Part shown: positions 7,939 through 17,506 of the stretch, in pieces | How the letters are laid out: the number at the start of each line of letters is the position of its first letter | Position numbering within the stretch: the first letter of the stretch is position 1 | Virus record (IMG/VR): IMGVR_UViG_3300040770_000184 | Direction: 5' to 3' (one strand) | Length of the DNA stretch: 64,000 nt | Origin: a virus | Position numbers and translations under genes: made by a program | Notes under the pieces: model-generated | The model's input: only the letters and a program-made list of their open reading frames with translations | The model's database searches: none | What the model was told of the DNA's origin: nothing

Positions 7939-10900
7939 CTGAAATTACTATTCCGCCGTTTGGTTCAGTTGACGTAAAGGTACGGTTTAATCCCATAGCT
8001 ACTGGGGTACGTACTGGGTCGCTTAGCTTTACGAGCAATACCCCAAGCAGTCCGCACACTCTTTCTTTACGTGGGGAGAGTTTTGAGAATGTGCCTGCTC
8101 CGGAATTTGGTATTACCCCTACCAACATCATTTTCCCATCTACGGTAGTTGGGAACATTTCTCCGAACCTTACGGTTACCCTACGTAATCCGGGTGAGCT
8201 ACCCCTACTGATTAGTAGTGTGGCCGTGCCTATTGGTTTCAGTATTGTTGGGGCTTACCCGACAGAGATTGCTGCAGGTGGTAATGCACCCCTTGTCTTA
8301 CGTTTCTCTCCTACCAGCGTAGGTACTAAGACAGGCAGTCTGTTGGTGTACTCAAACGCCAAGAACACTGCCCATGAGATACCTATGAGTGGTGTGGCTA
8401 CGGCTGCAAGCCTGTCTGCTCTTACTTACCTCTCGGCTGATGGCAGCAAGTTGAAAGACAACAAGGGTGCAGGCTCTGTTGTTCAGCTGCGTTCTGTGAA
8501 CTGGTACGGCTTTGAGCAGATTGGTGTACCGAGTGGTGCGTGGACCCGTCCATTCCGTACCAAAAGCATTAACGGCGTCCTCAAGGAAGGTATGCTGGAA
8601 GAGATCAAACGCCTTGGCTTCGACTCTATTCGCCTTCTCTTTTCTCAGGACGTTACGTGGGCGGGTACTAAGCCAAACACCATTGGTGGGGATTGGAACT
8701 CTACCTACATTAACGTAGATGCTAACCCTGAGTTTCTTGTCTCTACTGTGGGAGAAAACCCTCAGAACGTGAAGACAACTATTCAGATCTTGGATCTGTT
8801 TGTTGATTGGTGTGAGGCCCTAAAGCTACGCATTGTCTTTGATATGCACACTCTAGCTCCTGACAACGACAACGTGTTGGCTACCCACGGTAAGTGGTAC
8901 ACCACTACTAATCCTAATGATCCTGGCCAAACTGGTGGCATTCGTCGAGAAGCTCGCAACGAAGCTCAGGCAATTGCTGCTCATGTCTTCTTGGCCAATC
9001 GCTATAAGAACCGCCCTGTTGTGTGTGGTTTCGACATCATCAACGAGCCGCATAACTGCGTATGGGACCGTAACCCGGTAGACGGTATTCTCGGTTTCTA
9101 CGAGCGGGCTGGTAATGCCATTCACGCTGTAAACCCCGATGTACTTGTTATCTGTGAGGGAAACACAGGCAACATTGACCACACCCCTGTTGGTCATGAG
9201 ACTGATGCAGCAAGCCTTGAAGGCAAATACACATGGAGCACTTGGTGGTCGGGTAAGCTGGATGAAGCTCGTATGGAACCAGTGGTACTAAACGTACCTA
9301 ACAAGGTTGTCTACTCCCCCCATGAGTACGGTGCGTACCTACAGGGCGTTGCCTTGCAACCTTGGTTCACTCCTGCAACACGAGTCGGGAATACTTACGC
9401 TGGCTTGGCTTTCCCAGCCAACATGCCAGATGTTTGGAGCCGACAGTGGGGTTACTTGGTTGAAGAGAATATCGCCCCTGTTTGGATTGGTGAGTTCGGT
9501 TCTTACCTCCGAATTGGTGGTGACCCTATCACTGGTGGTGGCTCTGCTTACAGTGCCCAAGACCTTGCGTTAGATGAGCAGTGGTTGGATACCTTGGGTG
9601 CGTACTGTGAGCAGCATGCTGTTGGTTTTGCTTACTGGGCGTGGCCTCCTGGTGGTGACCCAGACGGTCTGGTAGGACAACAACCTGCGGGTACTTGGGG
9701 AGCTGCTCAACAATTTAAGCTGCCTTATCTGGATACCTTTATTACTCCGGTTGTTGTCGCACCGCTGACTCTTTCAGGAACTCAATTGAGTTTTGCTGAA
9801 ACTTCTGCGGGCACCGTTTCCCAGAAAACATTGACTGTGTACAACAACTCAGCTTTTGCGATCTCGGTATTGAACACAGTAAGTGGGGCTGGATATACAG
9901 TCTCCCCACAGAATGTGACCGTGCTTCCCGGTAGTAGCTCGACTATTACAGTTACCTTCACTCCAAGCACTGAGGGTTCGTTTACTGGGACATTGAGCAT
10001 TACCCCAAGCACAGGAAGTATTCTTACTGTCTTGGTGAGTGGTTTTGCTTCCAACATAGGCACACCCGTAGATCCAGATCCAACAGGTCCGTTGGTTAGT
10101 ATTACTCTGCCAAGTAATGCTTACGGCATTACTGCGGTAGGTGACTCGCTTACCGAGGGTGGTCTGTATCTCAGCAATGGCTGGATGCAGAAAGCCTGCT
10201 TCTATGGTAACCAAGTGTTCCGTCATCGAGGCAACGTGGCTGTGTCTGGTAGTACGCCGCAGCAGTCTCTTGAGCTGCAGCTGTCCAAGGTCATGGACAT
10301 GGTTCCTCCACCAAAAGTCTGTGTGGTTGCTTCTGGTACTAACAGTATTTACGGGGGCATCTCTGCCTTTACGTATATCCAGCAAATATGTACTGCTCTT
10401 GTTGCTCGTAACATCTACCCAGTGCTGTGGACGATTCCTCCACGTAACGACACAACTGGACAAGATGCCAATATGGCCGTGTGGAACCAAGCAGTTAAGG
10501 ACTACCATTTGGAGACTGGTATCCCATTGTTTGATGCGTTTGAAGCGTTACGTGTACCTGGGTCTTACCGTGGTAAAGCCGGGGTAATGAATGCTGACGG
10601 CCTGCATTTCAGTAACTACGGGTATACGGTTCTTGGTAAGTACCTGATTGACAGTAAGTGCTTAGCTGGCATCCCTATTGACGGGAAGCTTGGTTTGGCT
10701 ACGACTGTTGGTGGCAGCAACCTTTGCCCTAACCCGCTGTTTACTGGTGGTTCTAATGGTGTTTCCACAAACCTCACACTACCTGCGGGATATACTGGGG
10801 AGCAGATTCCAAGCGAAGTGGCTGGGAACTGGCAGCGGATTACCCGAGAGGCTAATCAAACTGTGGTTGGGGCAAACGTCACCAAGACCGCAACCCTTGC

Positions 10901-11372
10901 AGTAATCCCAATTGTTGCCGGGCAGAAGCATACCCTGGCTGTCAAAATTCGCTGGGATGCTAAGGTCAAGGGCGGCACCAACATGGAGTTTGCTGCATGG
11001 CATGTAGGCTTGCTGTTGATGGTTACTGACCAATCTTGGTCAAGTTACCCAAATAATTTGTATGTTGCTTTTGGTCCGCAAGGTGCCGAAATAGAGGAAG
11101 GCACCATCTTTGTTGAGTTTACTGCCCCAGCCGGTGCTAACCGTTTGGCTCTTAACTTAATGTCGATTAACCCAGACGTGCCAGATAACGCGCTACCAGT
11201 CTCGATCGATTACTCACAACTTACTGTGATTACCGGGTCGTTCCCTTACAATAATATCGACCCGTCCCCTGGAGTAACTACAGGCCCTGTCGTCACACCA
11301 GCTATGTTGACTGATACTGCAGGATCAGTAATGACAGATTCGCTTAACTCCCCTATTGAGGCATCCGCATGA
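7935..11372 (+). CDS. Multidomain tail/depolymerase protein: Ig-like domains + GH5 endoglucanase + Ig-like + SGNH esterase + CBM-like sandwich
   Basis: GH5 motifs VNWYGFE, FDIINEPH (E371), VVYSPHEY, PVWIGEFG (E520), YWAW; SGNH motifs GDSLT, SGTN, DGLH. Confidence 0.9.
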   Translation: MTEITIPPFGSVDVKVRFNPIATGVRTGSLSFTSNTPSSPHTLSLRGESFENVPAPEFGITPTNIIFPSTVVGNISPNLTVTLRNPGELPLLISSVAVPIGFSIVGAYPTEIAAGGNAPLVLRFSPTSVGTKTGSLLVYSNAKNTAHEIPMSGVATAASLSALTYLSADGSKLKDNKGAGSVVQLRSVNWYGFEQIGVPSGAWTRPFRTKSINGVLKEGMLEEIKRLGFDSIRLLFSQDVTWAGTKPNTIGGDWNSTYINVDANPEFLVSTVGENPQNVKTTIQILDLFVDWCEALKLRIVFDMHTLAPDNDNVLATHGKWYTTTNPNDPGQTGGIRREARNEAQAIAAHVFLANRYKNRPVVCGFDIINEPHNCVWDRNPVDGILGFYERAGNAIHAVNPDVLVICEGNTGNIDHTPVGHETDAASLEGKYTWSTWWSGKLDEARMEPVVLNVPNKVVYSPHEYGAYLQGVALQPWFTPATRVGNTYAGLAFPANMPDVWSRQWGYLVEENIAPVWIGEFGSYLRIGGDPITGGGSAYSAQDLALDEQWLDTLGAYCEQHAVGFAYWAWPPGGDPDGLVGQQPAGTWGAAQQFKLPYLDTFITPVVVAPLTLSGTQLSFAETSAGTVSQKTLTVYNNSAFAISVLNTVSGAGYTVSPQNVTVLPGSSSTITVTFTPSTEGSFTGTLSITPSTGSILTVLVSGFASNIGTPVDPDPTGPLVSITLPSNAYGITAVGDSLTEGGLYLSNGWMQKACFYGNQVFRHRGNVAVSGSTPQQSLELQLSKVMDMVPPPKVCVVASGTNSIYGGISAFTYIQQICTALVARNIYPVLWTIPPRNDTTGQDANMAVWNQAVKDYHLETGIPLFDAFEALRVPGSYRGKAGVMNADGLHFSNYGYTVLGKYLIDSKCLAGIPIDGKLGLATTVGGSNLCPNPLFTGGSNGVSTNLTLPAGYTGEQIPSEVAGNWQRITREANQTVVGANVTKTATLAVIPIVAGQKHTLAVKIRWDAKVKGGTNMEFAAWHVGLLLMVTDQSWSSYPNNLYVAFGPQGAEIEEGTIFVEFTAPAGANRLALNLMSINPDVPDNALPVSIDYSQLTVITGSFPYNNIDPSPGVTTGPVVTPAMLTDTAGSVMTDSLNSPIEASA

Positions 11373-12823
11373 GCAAGTTAAACACGTACCAATTGAAGAC
11401 AACCCACACTGACTTGTTTGAGTTAATGGCCATTATTGATGGTGTGGGGGGTGCTTTTGAAACGGTTCGTATAAGTAAAGCTGCTTTGGCTGCTTTCATT
11501 ATAGCCACAGTGCCAGCCGGTGCTCCCGGCACAAATGGCACAAACGGTACTGCTGGTACAAACGGTGTTGCTGGTGCTGATGGGCGACAAGTTGAGCTAC
11601 AAAAAACAGCAACTCATGTCCAATGGCGATACGTTGGGGATGTTGGTTGGAATAACCTCCTTCTCTTGACGGACATCAAAGGTGATAAAGGGGATACCGG
11701 CACCGGCCTTACTAACAAAGGGAACTGGGCTGCAGCTACGTTTAACCCAGGCGACTACGTTTTCTCTACTGGCTCAGTCAACCCAACTTCTATGTGGGTA
11801 CTGAATGCTACGGTGCCTTACGTGTCGTCGGTACTACCAAGAAACAACACGGCTAATTGGATTGAGTTGGCAGCACCAGCAGGTGCTAATGGGTTATCTG
11901 TTGAGTTGCAGAAAACAGCGACTGCTGTTCAATGGCGTCAAGTAGGCGGCAGCTGGGCAGACTTGGTTTTGCTGAGTGCTATTACAGGATCTGCAGGCAC
12001 TAACGGCACTGCAGGCACCAATGGTACAAACGGTACTAATGGCACGAACGGCAATACTGTATTGACTACTACAGGTGCTCCTTCAGGTGCTACTGGCGTA
12101 AACGGTGACTACGCATTAGATGTAGCAGCTCAGCTGATTTACGGTCCTAAAGCAGGTGGAATATGGCCTGCAGGTATATCGACCCGAGGGATACAGGGTA
12201 TAGCGGGCATAGCAGGTATAGCTGGTGCTACTGGTGCCAAATGGCTGACCGGTACTACTGTTCCTGCTGGTGGAACTGGGGTAGACGGGGATTTCTACTT
12301 ACGTTCTAACGGTGACTATTACGGTCCTAAAGTAGCAGGTGCTTGGGGTGCAATTGTTGCCAGTCTCAAAGGTGCGACTGGTTCTGCAATCCCTGTTGGC
12401 GGAGCAACTGGTCAAGTACTAGCTAAAGCCAGTGCTGCTGATGGGGATGCTACTTGGCAGACTCCTGCAGCCGGTGGCGGCGGCGGTGGGGCCAGTAACA
12501 TCAGCGGTAACTTTACAGTACCAAATGATGGTGTGATTTCTTGGAACATTGCAGCTAACTCTGCAGGCTGGGGAATGGTTTACCTAGCCGCACTTGGTTC
12601 CCTACCAGTTACTCAGTTTGCTTTTAACACAGCAGGCACTCCCACAATTTACCCTACTTTGGCGGGGGGAGGTGGTGTGTTGACCGGGATTCTTTCGGGA
12701 ACTACAGGAGCAGCTGGAAAAATTACAATTTCCGTCGCTGCAGGTAAGGTCTACTTAGAAAACCGTATGGGTTGGGCAGTAGGAATTACAGTATTCTTGT
12801 CCATTCCCGGTACTCTAGTCTAA
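11369..12823 (+). CDS. Collagen-like tail fibre protein
   Basis: Gly-X-Y runs (GTNGTNGTAG, GIQGIAGIAG); duplicated VELQKTAT..QWR and GD..L....YGPK.AG.W modules. Confidence 0.8.
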   Translation: MSKLNTYQLKTTHTDLFELMAIIDGVGGAFETVRISKAALAAFIIATVPAGAPGTNGTNGTAGTNGVAGADGRQVELQKTATHVQWRYVGDVGWNNLLLLTDIKGDKGDTGTGLTNKGNWAAATFNPGDYVFSTGSVNPTSMWVLNATVPYVSSVLPRNNTANWIELAAPAGANGLSVELQKTATAVQWRQVGGSWADLVLLSAITGSAGTNGTAGTNGTNGTNGTNGNTVLTTTGAPSGATGVNGDYALDVAAQLIYGPKAGGIWPAGISTRGIQGIAGIAGIAGATGAKWLTGTTVPAGGTGVDGDFYLRSNGDYYGPKVAGAWGAIVASLKGATGSAIPVGGATGQVLAKASAADGDATWQTPAAGGGGGGASNISGNFTVPNDGVISWNIAANSAGWGMVYLAALGSLPVTQFAFNTAGTPTIYPTLAGGGGVLTGILSGTTGAAGKITISVAAGKVYLENRMGWAVGITVFLSIPGTLV

Positions 12824-12839
12824 GGCATAGGTAAAGAAG

Positions 12840-15800
12840 ATGATCCCACCTCTAATTACAACTGAGGGCTTAGTCCTCAATAATCAGATGCCGGACTCTG
12901 GAGCGTTGGGTGGCTACACGCCACCCGGCACTGCTTCTAGTGAGGGTGTCTCTATTTTAATGCGTGGGATTATGCGGGCAGCTGCAGCAACACAAGATCC
13001 TGCAATGCTGGCTTACGGTAAGTTTCTTTATGAAGGAGCCATCAATGGTTTCTTCAAAGGGGTGCGTCCTGAAGATGCTGACGACAATGGTTGGCACCAC
13101 TCTTGGATTTGTAACGGTGGTGCTGTATTTAACGCACGGGGTCCCCTTCAAGCAAGCGGTGACCTCGCGTTAAGTGGTTACATCTACGGACGTGATCCAG
13201 AAGCTGCAGTGACTTTCACTAACGGTGTTGGTCAACTAACTCCACCTGCAGCTATTGTTTATCAAGCAGTCTCTGAAGATGCCAAGTTTGTTTGGAAGAA
13301 CGTATTCGCGGATTTGACCGAAGGTAGTCGTGTTGAGATTGACTACTACATTGACGCTGGGGGCAACAAGGTATTTGGTGCTCAACGCGGTGGTAGCTTT
13401 GGTCAACCGGCCATTCCTGCAGGAAAACATGACGATGGCGAACCAGGGAAGATTCAGCTAAAGACCGCCATAAATGGCGTAATCGGTGTCAGCTATTGTG
13501 TGAGTATTCCTGACGTTGCTATCGGCTATGGTGAGCTGTATGAAGCATGGCCTATGTGGCGTAAGTTGGCAGACCAAGAAGTATCCACGGCTGCTGATGG
13601 TATCCATTGGTTCATTGACGCTTTCAAGTTGGGTGTAGATCTGGAACCAACGAATCCAATGTGGGCCGTTGCTTACGATGAAATGATGAAGGTTTTTGTC
13701 ACTACCTGTGGGCAGGAATCGAACACTACTCGCATATTCCAAGCCAGTCCGTTGGGGCCTCATAACAACTTTCCACTGACCTACTCTTATGCTTACGGTC
13801 GTGAAAACATAGATGACCCTTCGACCAATTGGGATGCCGTATCCCCTAGCACTAAGTACTACGCTAGCCGTACACCCGACGGTTATGTAACTTTTGATCT
13901 CCCTTCGGAGAACGCAGTCATCAGTACTGGTGAGGCTGTGCGCTATGGTCTTGTTTTTGAAAACAAACCTCTGTACCTCACTTACGATACTGGGTCTTCT
14001 GTTTCTTTCGACGTTAAGTCTTCTGTAGAACAGGTAGTAAGCGTAACTATTCAAAGTGAGGCAGGTCTTTCTTACAGTACCAATTTACATATTGGGCCTG
14101 CTTCTGATGTACAGGAAATTAGCATTAGCCAATTTAAGCAATTTCAACAAATTCCTGGGGACTCTCTTGGGGAGAAATCTGGTGTTTGGATTGACGGGCC
14201 TGCTGAGTGGGTTGTACCTGCGTACGCTGCTGTACCTTTCCCTGGGCGTCGTGGTGCTGACGTTGGTGACTCAATTACTCACCTAAATACGGCTTACATT
14301 CCTAAGCAGCCAGGACCAAACCGTTATGAGGTATACGGTAACGGCTATGCAGGTTGGTGGGTAATTGCTGAGCAGATCTTAGGTCACCGTACTGTGCTTG
14401 AGCACGGTATTCAGCCTAACTTGACAGGTGCCAACTCAGGTACTTCGTTTGCTGTTGCCAGTTCTAAAGTGGCTACATGGTGGGAAGAGGCTCAGTTTCT
14501 GGGTAGCAACACCTTTGAGACAATGGGGCCGATGTACGGTGCTTTGAATAACCTGTCTAGTTTTGATATTTGCTACATGCTTGGTGGTACTAACGATCTG
14601 TCAGCAAACGATCCGGCACCGCTCATTTTGAGCAACATCAAACGGGCTGCTACTGATATTGCTAAAAACGGTAAGTGGGTCTTCTTAGGTACGATTTTGC
14701 CCCGTACTCGCTTCTATTTGGCTGGGTATCCGTTGGAACAACAGGCGACTATCCTTACTCGCTTGCAGGAAATTAACCAAGGGATTCGTGACTGGATCAA
14801 CATTGACCAGCCCCCTAACATCTTCTTGGTAGATTTCTGGGATAGCTTTGTAGGTCCTAATGGTATCGACCCTGCTGGCCACATATCTAACTTAGTGGAC
14901 CCACTAGGTGCTGATACTGTGGGTAACTTCCGTCCAGATGCCCCAGGTTTGTTGTACACCAACGATGGCCTGCACCCTACCGCAGCTGGCGCTTATGCAA
15001 TGGGTAAAGTCCTTGCTGCTGCCATGATTGCTGCTGGCGTACCTGCTCGTGAGGAAGGAAAACTAGGTCCTCTTACTTTGGGTCCAAACTTGGTAACCAA
15101 CCCGACGTTTGCTTTCACCCAATTTGATACGGCTACGAACAGTGCTTCGTGGGCAATGTCAGACATTGGTTGGGCAACCGGTCTCGGTCCACAAGTGAAA
15201 GTGGGTACTCTGCATAACGGTTACCAGTTCGGTAAGGTGCCTGACAACTGGAAATTCTGGCGTTGTTCTAATGCTGAAGACATCCCAATTGGTATGGGTG
15301 TTGGTGGCACGTACTCCAACTTTATGTCCTACATTTTCTCAGACTTGGTTGGTGAATTTCCAAACATGGCTGCGTACATGCAAGACAGTAATTGGGCACC
15401 GGGTGGTGTAACAGTTACCCCAATTGTTCACGAAGGAACTCCTTCGCTGCGTATTGTGGTCAACATGCCCGTAACAGGACACAAGAACCAGGGCTTTATT
15501 CTTGTGGCTCAGATGCCTAAGCGTCAGCATGGTGTGTGGGATAACTATGGGTACAACGGTCCTGATGCGAACTTGCCTAATCCACTGGCAGTACCCAACA
15601 CAATCATCTCCCCAGGAGATCGTTTGAGTGCTGAATGCGATGTCATTGTGTCTGGGATGAACAACACATGTTTTGCTATGCACCAAACTCTGGCCTGTTA
15701 CCAGAACCAGATTGGGGTCAGCTACGGTACTAAGGTAACTTCTTACGGGAATCAGCCGTTCTTCTGGCCACCTTCGGATATGGATTACTGCCGTCTTCCT

Positions 15801-15989
15801 ACTGAAGATCGGGTTATAAAGATGCACTCGCCTGCACTTGTGGTGCCTACTCCGTTACCATCAGAGAACGCACACTACTGGGAGCTTCATTACGAGTTTT
15901 CGTTTGATGCCTCGCAGATTGGTCCCCAAGCAACAATCATCATAAAGAACCCGAGCGTTCGTAAAATCATAGGAGGTTCTTTGACATGA
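12840..15989 (+). CDS. Tail-associated protein: GH8-like N-terminal region + SGNH esterase + CBM-like domain
   Basis: SSEGVSILM (E35) and STAADGIHW (D253) resemble GH8 motifs; clear SGNH blocks GDSIT, GGTND, DGLHP. Confidence 0.75.
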   Translation: MIPPLITTEGLVLNNQMPDSGALGGYTPPGTASSEGVSILMRGIMRAAAATQDPAMLAYGKFLYEGAINGFFKGVRPEDADDNGWHHSWICNGGAVFNARGPLQASGDLALSGYIYGRDPEAAVTFTNGVGQLTPPAAIVYQAVSEDAKFVWKNVFADLTEGSRVEIDYYIDAGGNKVFGAQRGGSFGQPAIPAGKHDDGEPGKIQLKTAINGVIGVSYCVSIPDVAIGYGELYEAWPMWRKLADQEVSTAADGIHWFIDAFKLGVDLEPTNPMWAVAYDEMMKVFVTTCGQESNTTRIFQASPLGPHNNFPLTYSYAYGRENIDDPSTNWDAVSPSTKYYASRTPDGYVTFDLPSENAVISTGEAVRYGLVFENKPLYLTYDTGSSVSFDVKSSVEQVVSVTIQSEAGLSYSTNLHIGPASDVQEISISQFKQFQQIPGDSLGEKSGVWIDGPAEWVVPAYAAVPFPGRRGADVGDSITHLNTAYIPKQPGPNRYEVYGNGYAGWWVIAEQILGHRTVLEHGIQPNLTGANSGTSFAVASSKVATWWEEAQFLGSNTFETMGPMYGALNNLSSFDICYMLGGTNDLSANDPAPLILSNIKRAATDIAKNGKWVFLGTILPRTRFYLAGYPLEQQATILTRLQEINQGIRDWINIDQPPNIFLVDFWDSFVGPNGIDPAGHISNLVDPLGADTVGNFRPDAPGLLYTNDGLHPTAAGAYAMGKVLAAAMIAAGVPAREEGKLGPLTLGPNLVTNPTFAFTQFDTATNSASWAMSDIGWATGLGPQVKVGTLHNGYQFGKVPDNWKFWRCSNAEDIPIGMGVGGTYSNFMSYIFSDLVGEFPNMAAYMQDSNWAPGGVTVTPIVHEGTPSLRIVVNMPVTGHKNQGFILVAQMPKRQHGVWDNYGYNGPDANLPNPLAVPNTIISPGDRLSAECDVIVSGMNNTCFAMHQTLACYQNQIGVSYGTKVTSYGNQPFFWPPSDMDYCRLPTEDRVIKMHSPALVVPTPLPSENAHYWELHYEFSFDASQIGPQATIIIKNPSVRKIIGGSLT

Positions 15990-17422
15990 GTTCCCTTAAC
16001 ACTTGGTTCCCAGGTCAGTCCATCTATGACTTTAACGACGGGGTAACCCGAAGCTTGGTTCGGATACCTGGGGACGTAGGTACAGCAACTGTTCTGTGCG
16101 AGTCATTCAGTATTCCGAATGCTCAAGCTGGGTTTGGTATTACTTTTGATATGGTTAGCCCTGCATTTGAAATTACCAAACCCCCTAAAGTCTCTTATGC
16201 CAGTACCTCTGAGATGCTGTTTATTCTCAAAGACGCTGATAATTGGCTTTGGGCTGCTCCTTGCCCAATGCAAACAAAGGTCACTGAGCGTGGTTGGGCA
16301 TGGTCCCAGTTTGTGTTGCATTCTGTGCAGGACATGACGGGCACCCCACCAACTGATCCTACTCCTGGGAGGATTCAGGCATTCCAGTTTAGTGGGGCAG
16401 AAGGAGTACACGGGGATGACCCGGTAGTAGCACAGACAATCAGCATTGCTTACATTGCTGGCCGCTCTCCTGTAGGTACAACCGTTGGGGACATCCGTAT
16501 GGTCTCCATTCTGGATAACAGCCCTAACGCACACTCGTTAAAGGTGGGTGATGTTGAGTTGTTGAACGGTGAGCGTAAAGAAATCAAATACCTTGGAGCA
16601 TTGCCTTTCGGTCTGCAGCTAAATGGCCCTCGTTCAAACTTGGCTGTACTACCTTACCGTGGTCCGTTAATTGCTGGCTACCAATCTGGCACTCCTTGGG
16701 TCGCTTCAGGAGACAACACGCAATTAGCAGGCATGTTGGACTTTATGCTGGAGTCTCAAAACCAGTTTACTCAACGTAGTCCACAAGGACTGGTTGGTCC
16801 GTGGATGCACATTTACCTACAAGCATTGTGGGATTGTGAGCAAAACGGTGAGATTGATACTTGGGTTTGGGATGGTCCTGATGGCAACCCTGCGTGGGAT
16901 GGCTGGCAGTATCGTGCCTATGACTCAATGGGACGTACTCTTGCTGAGGCTGCAGAAACCTCATTGGTTTCTGCTGAGAATAAGGAAAAACTGCTGCTTA
17001 CGGTTAGTCGTTTTGGAGACTGGTTATACAACTGGTTGGTGGCTAACCCAACGGCAGGCGGTGTTCCTAACGATTGGAGACCTGCAGGTTGGACGCAAGG
17101 TATCCCTCTCAGCCCATCAAGCCACCTTGATCCTAAGTACACGCACCCAAGTCAGCACGACATCTCCCTAGCTTTGAAAGGGGTTATCTTCAGTGCTCTT
17201 GGTGGTTACGATGACACTAAAGCTCGCTACATGATTCGCCGGTTGCTGCTTGCATTGATTCCTTTGCAGTACACAGACCCGGATAACCTTGATGAAATGC
17301 GGGGTGCCTTTACTACTAACCCGGTTGGCTTTGAGGTTTACGGATTTGAACAAGGGGAGATCCTGGAGGCATTGGCATTGTGCTTACAACATCCTGAGCT
17401 ACTTCCCCAAGTTGACGACTAA
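15986..17422 (+). CDS. Tail-associated protein with beta-sandwich N-half and aromatic-rich helical C-half (possible glycosidase barrel half)
   Basis: ATGA-coupled to 12840..15989; W/Y-rich helical C-terminus (WDGWQYRAY, YGFEQGE). Confidence 0.7.
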   Translation: MSSLNTWFPGQSIYDFNDGVTRSLVRIPGDVGTATVLCESFSIPNAQAGFGITFDMVSPAFEITKPPKVSYASTSEMLFILKDADNWLWAAPCPMQTKVTERGWAWSQFVLHSVQDMTGTPPTDPTPGRIQAFQFSGAEGVHGDDPVVAQTISIAYIAGRSPVGTTVGDIRMVSILDNSPNAHSLKVGDVELLNGERKEIKYLGALPFGLQLNGPRSNLAVLPYRGPLIAGYQSGTPWVASGDNTQLAGMLDFMLESQNQFTQRSPQGLVGPWMHIYLQALWDCEQNGEIDTWVWDGPDGNPAWDGWQYRAYDSMGRTLAEAAETSLVSAENKEKLLLTVSRFGDWLYNWLVANPTAGGVPNDWRPAGWTQGIPLSPSSHLDPKYTHPSQHDISLALKGVIFSALGGYDDTKARYMIRRLLLALIPLQYTDPDNLDEMRGAFTTNPVGFEVYGFEQGEILEALALCLQHPELLPQVDD

Positions 17423-17448
17423 CCGTTTAATAAAAAACAGATTAGTGT

Positions 17449-17481
17449 TGCTGGCAGGAGTACGAGATAATCCTGTCAGCA
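17449..17481 (+). promoter_or_regulatory. Stem-loop upstream of lysis cassette
   Basis: 11-bp stem TGCTGGCAGGA/TCCTGTCAGCA (one G-U), 11-nt loop, followed by TTCATTT. Confidence 0.5.
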
Positions 17482-17506
17482 TTCATTTAGCATAGGACGA
17501 GTTATC

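Noticed and set aside
11520-12060. Short tandem repeats as a possible CRISPR-like array
   Set aside because: They are degenerate codon repeats of Gly-Thr-Asn collagen triplets with no unique spacers
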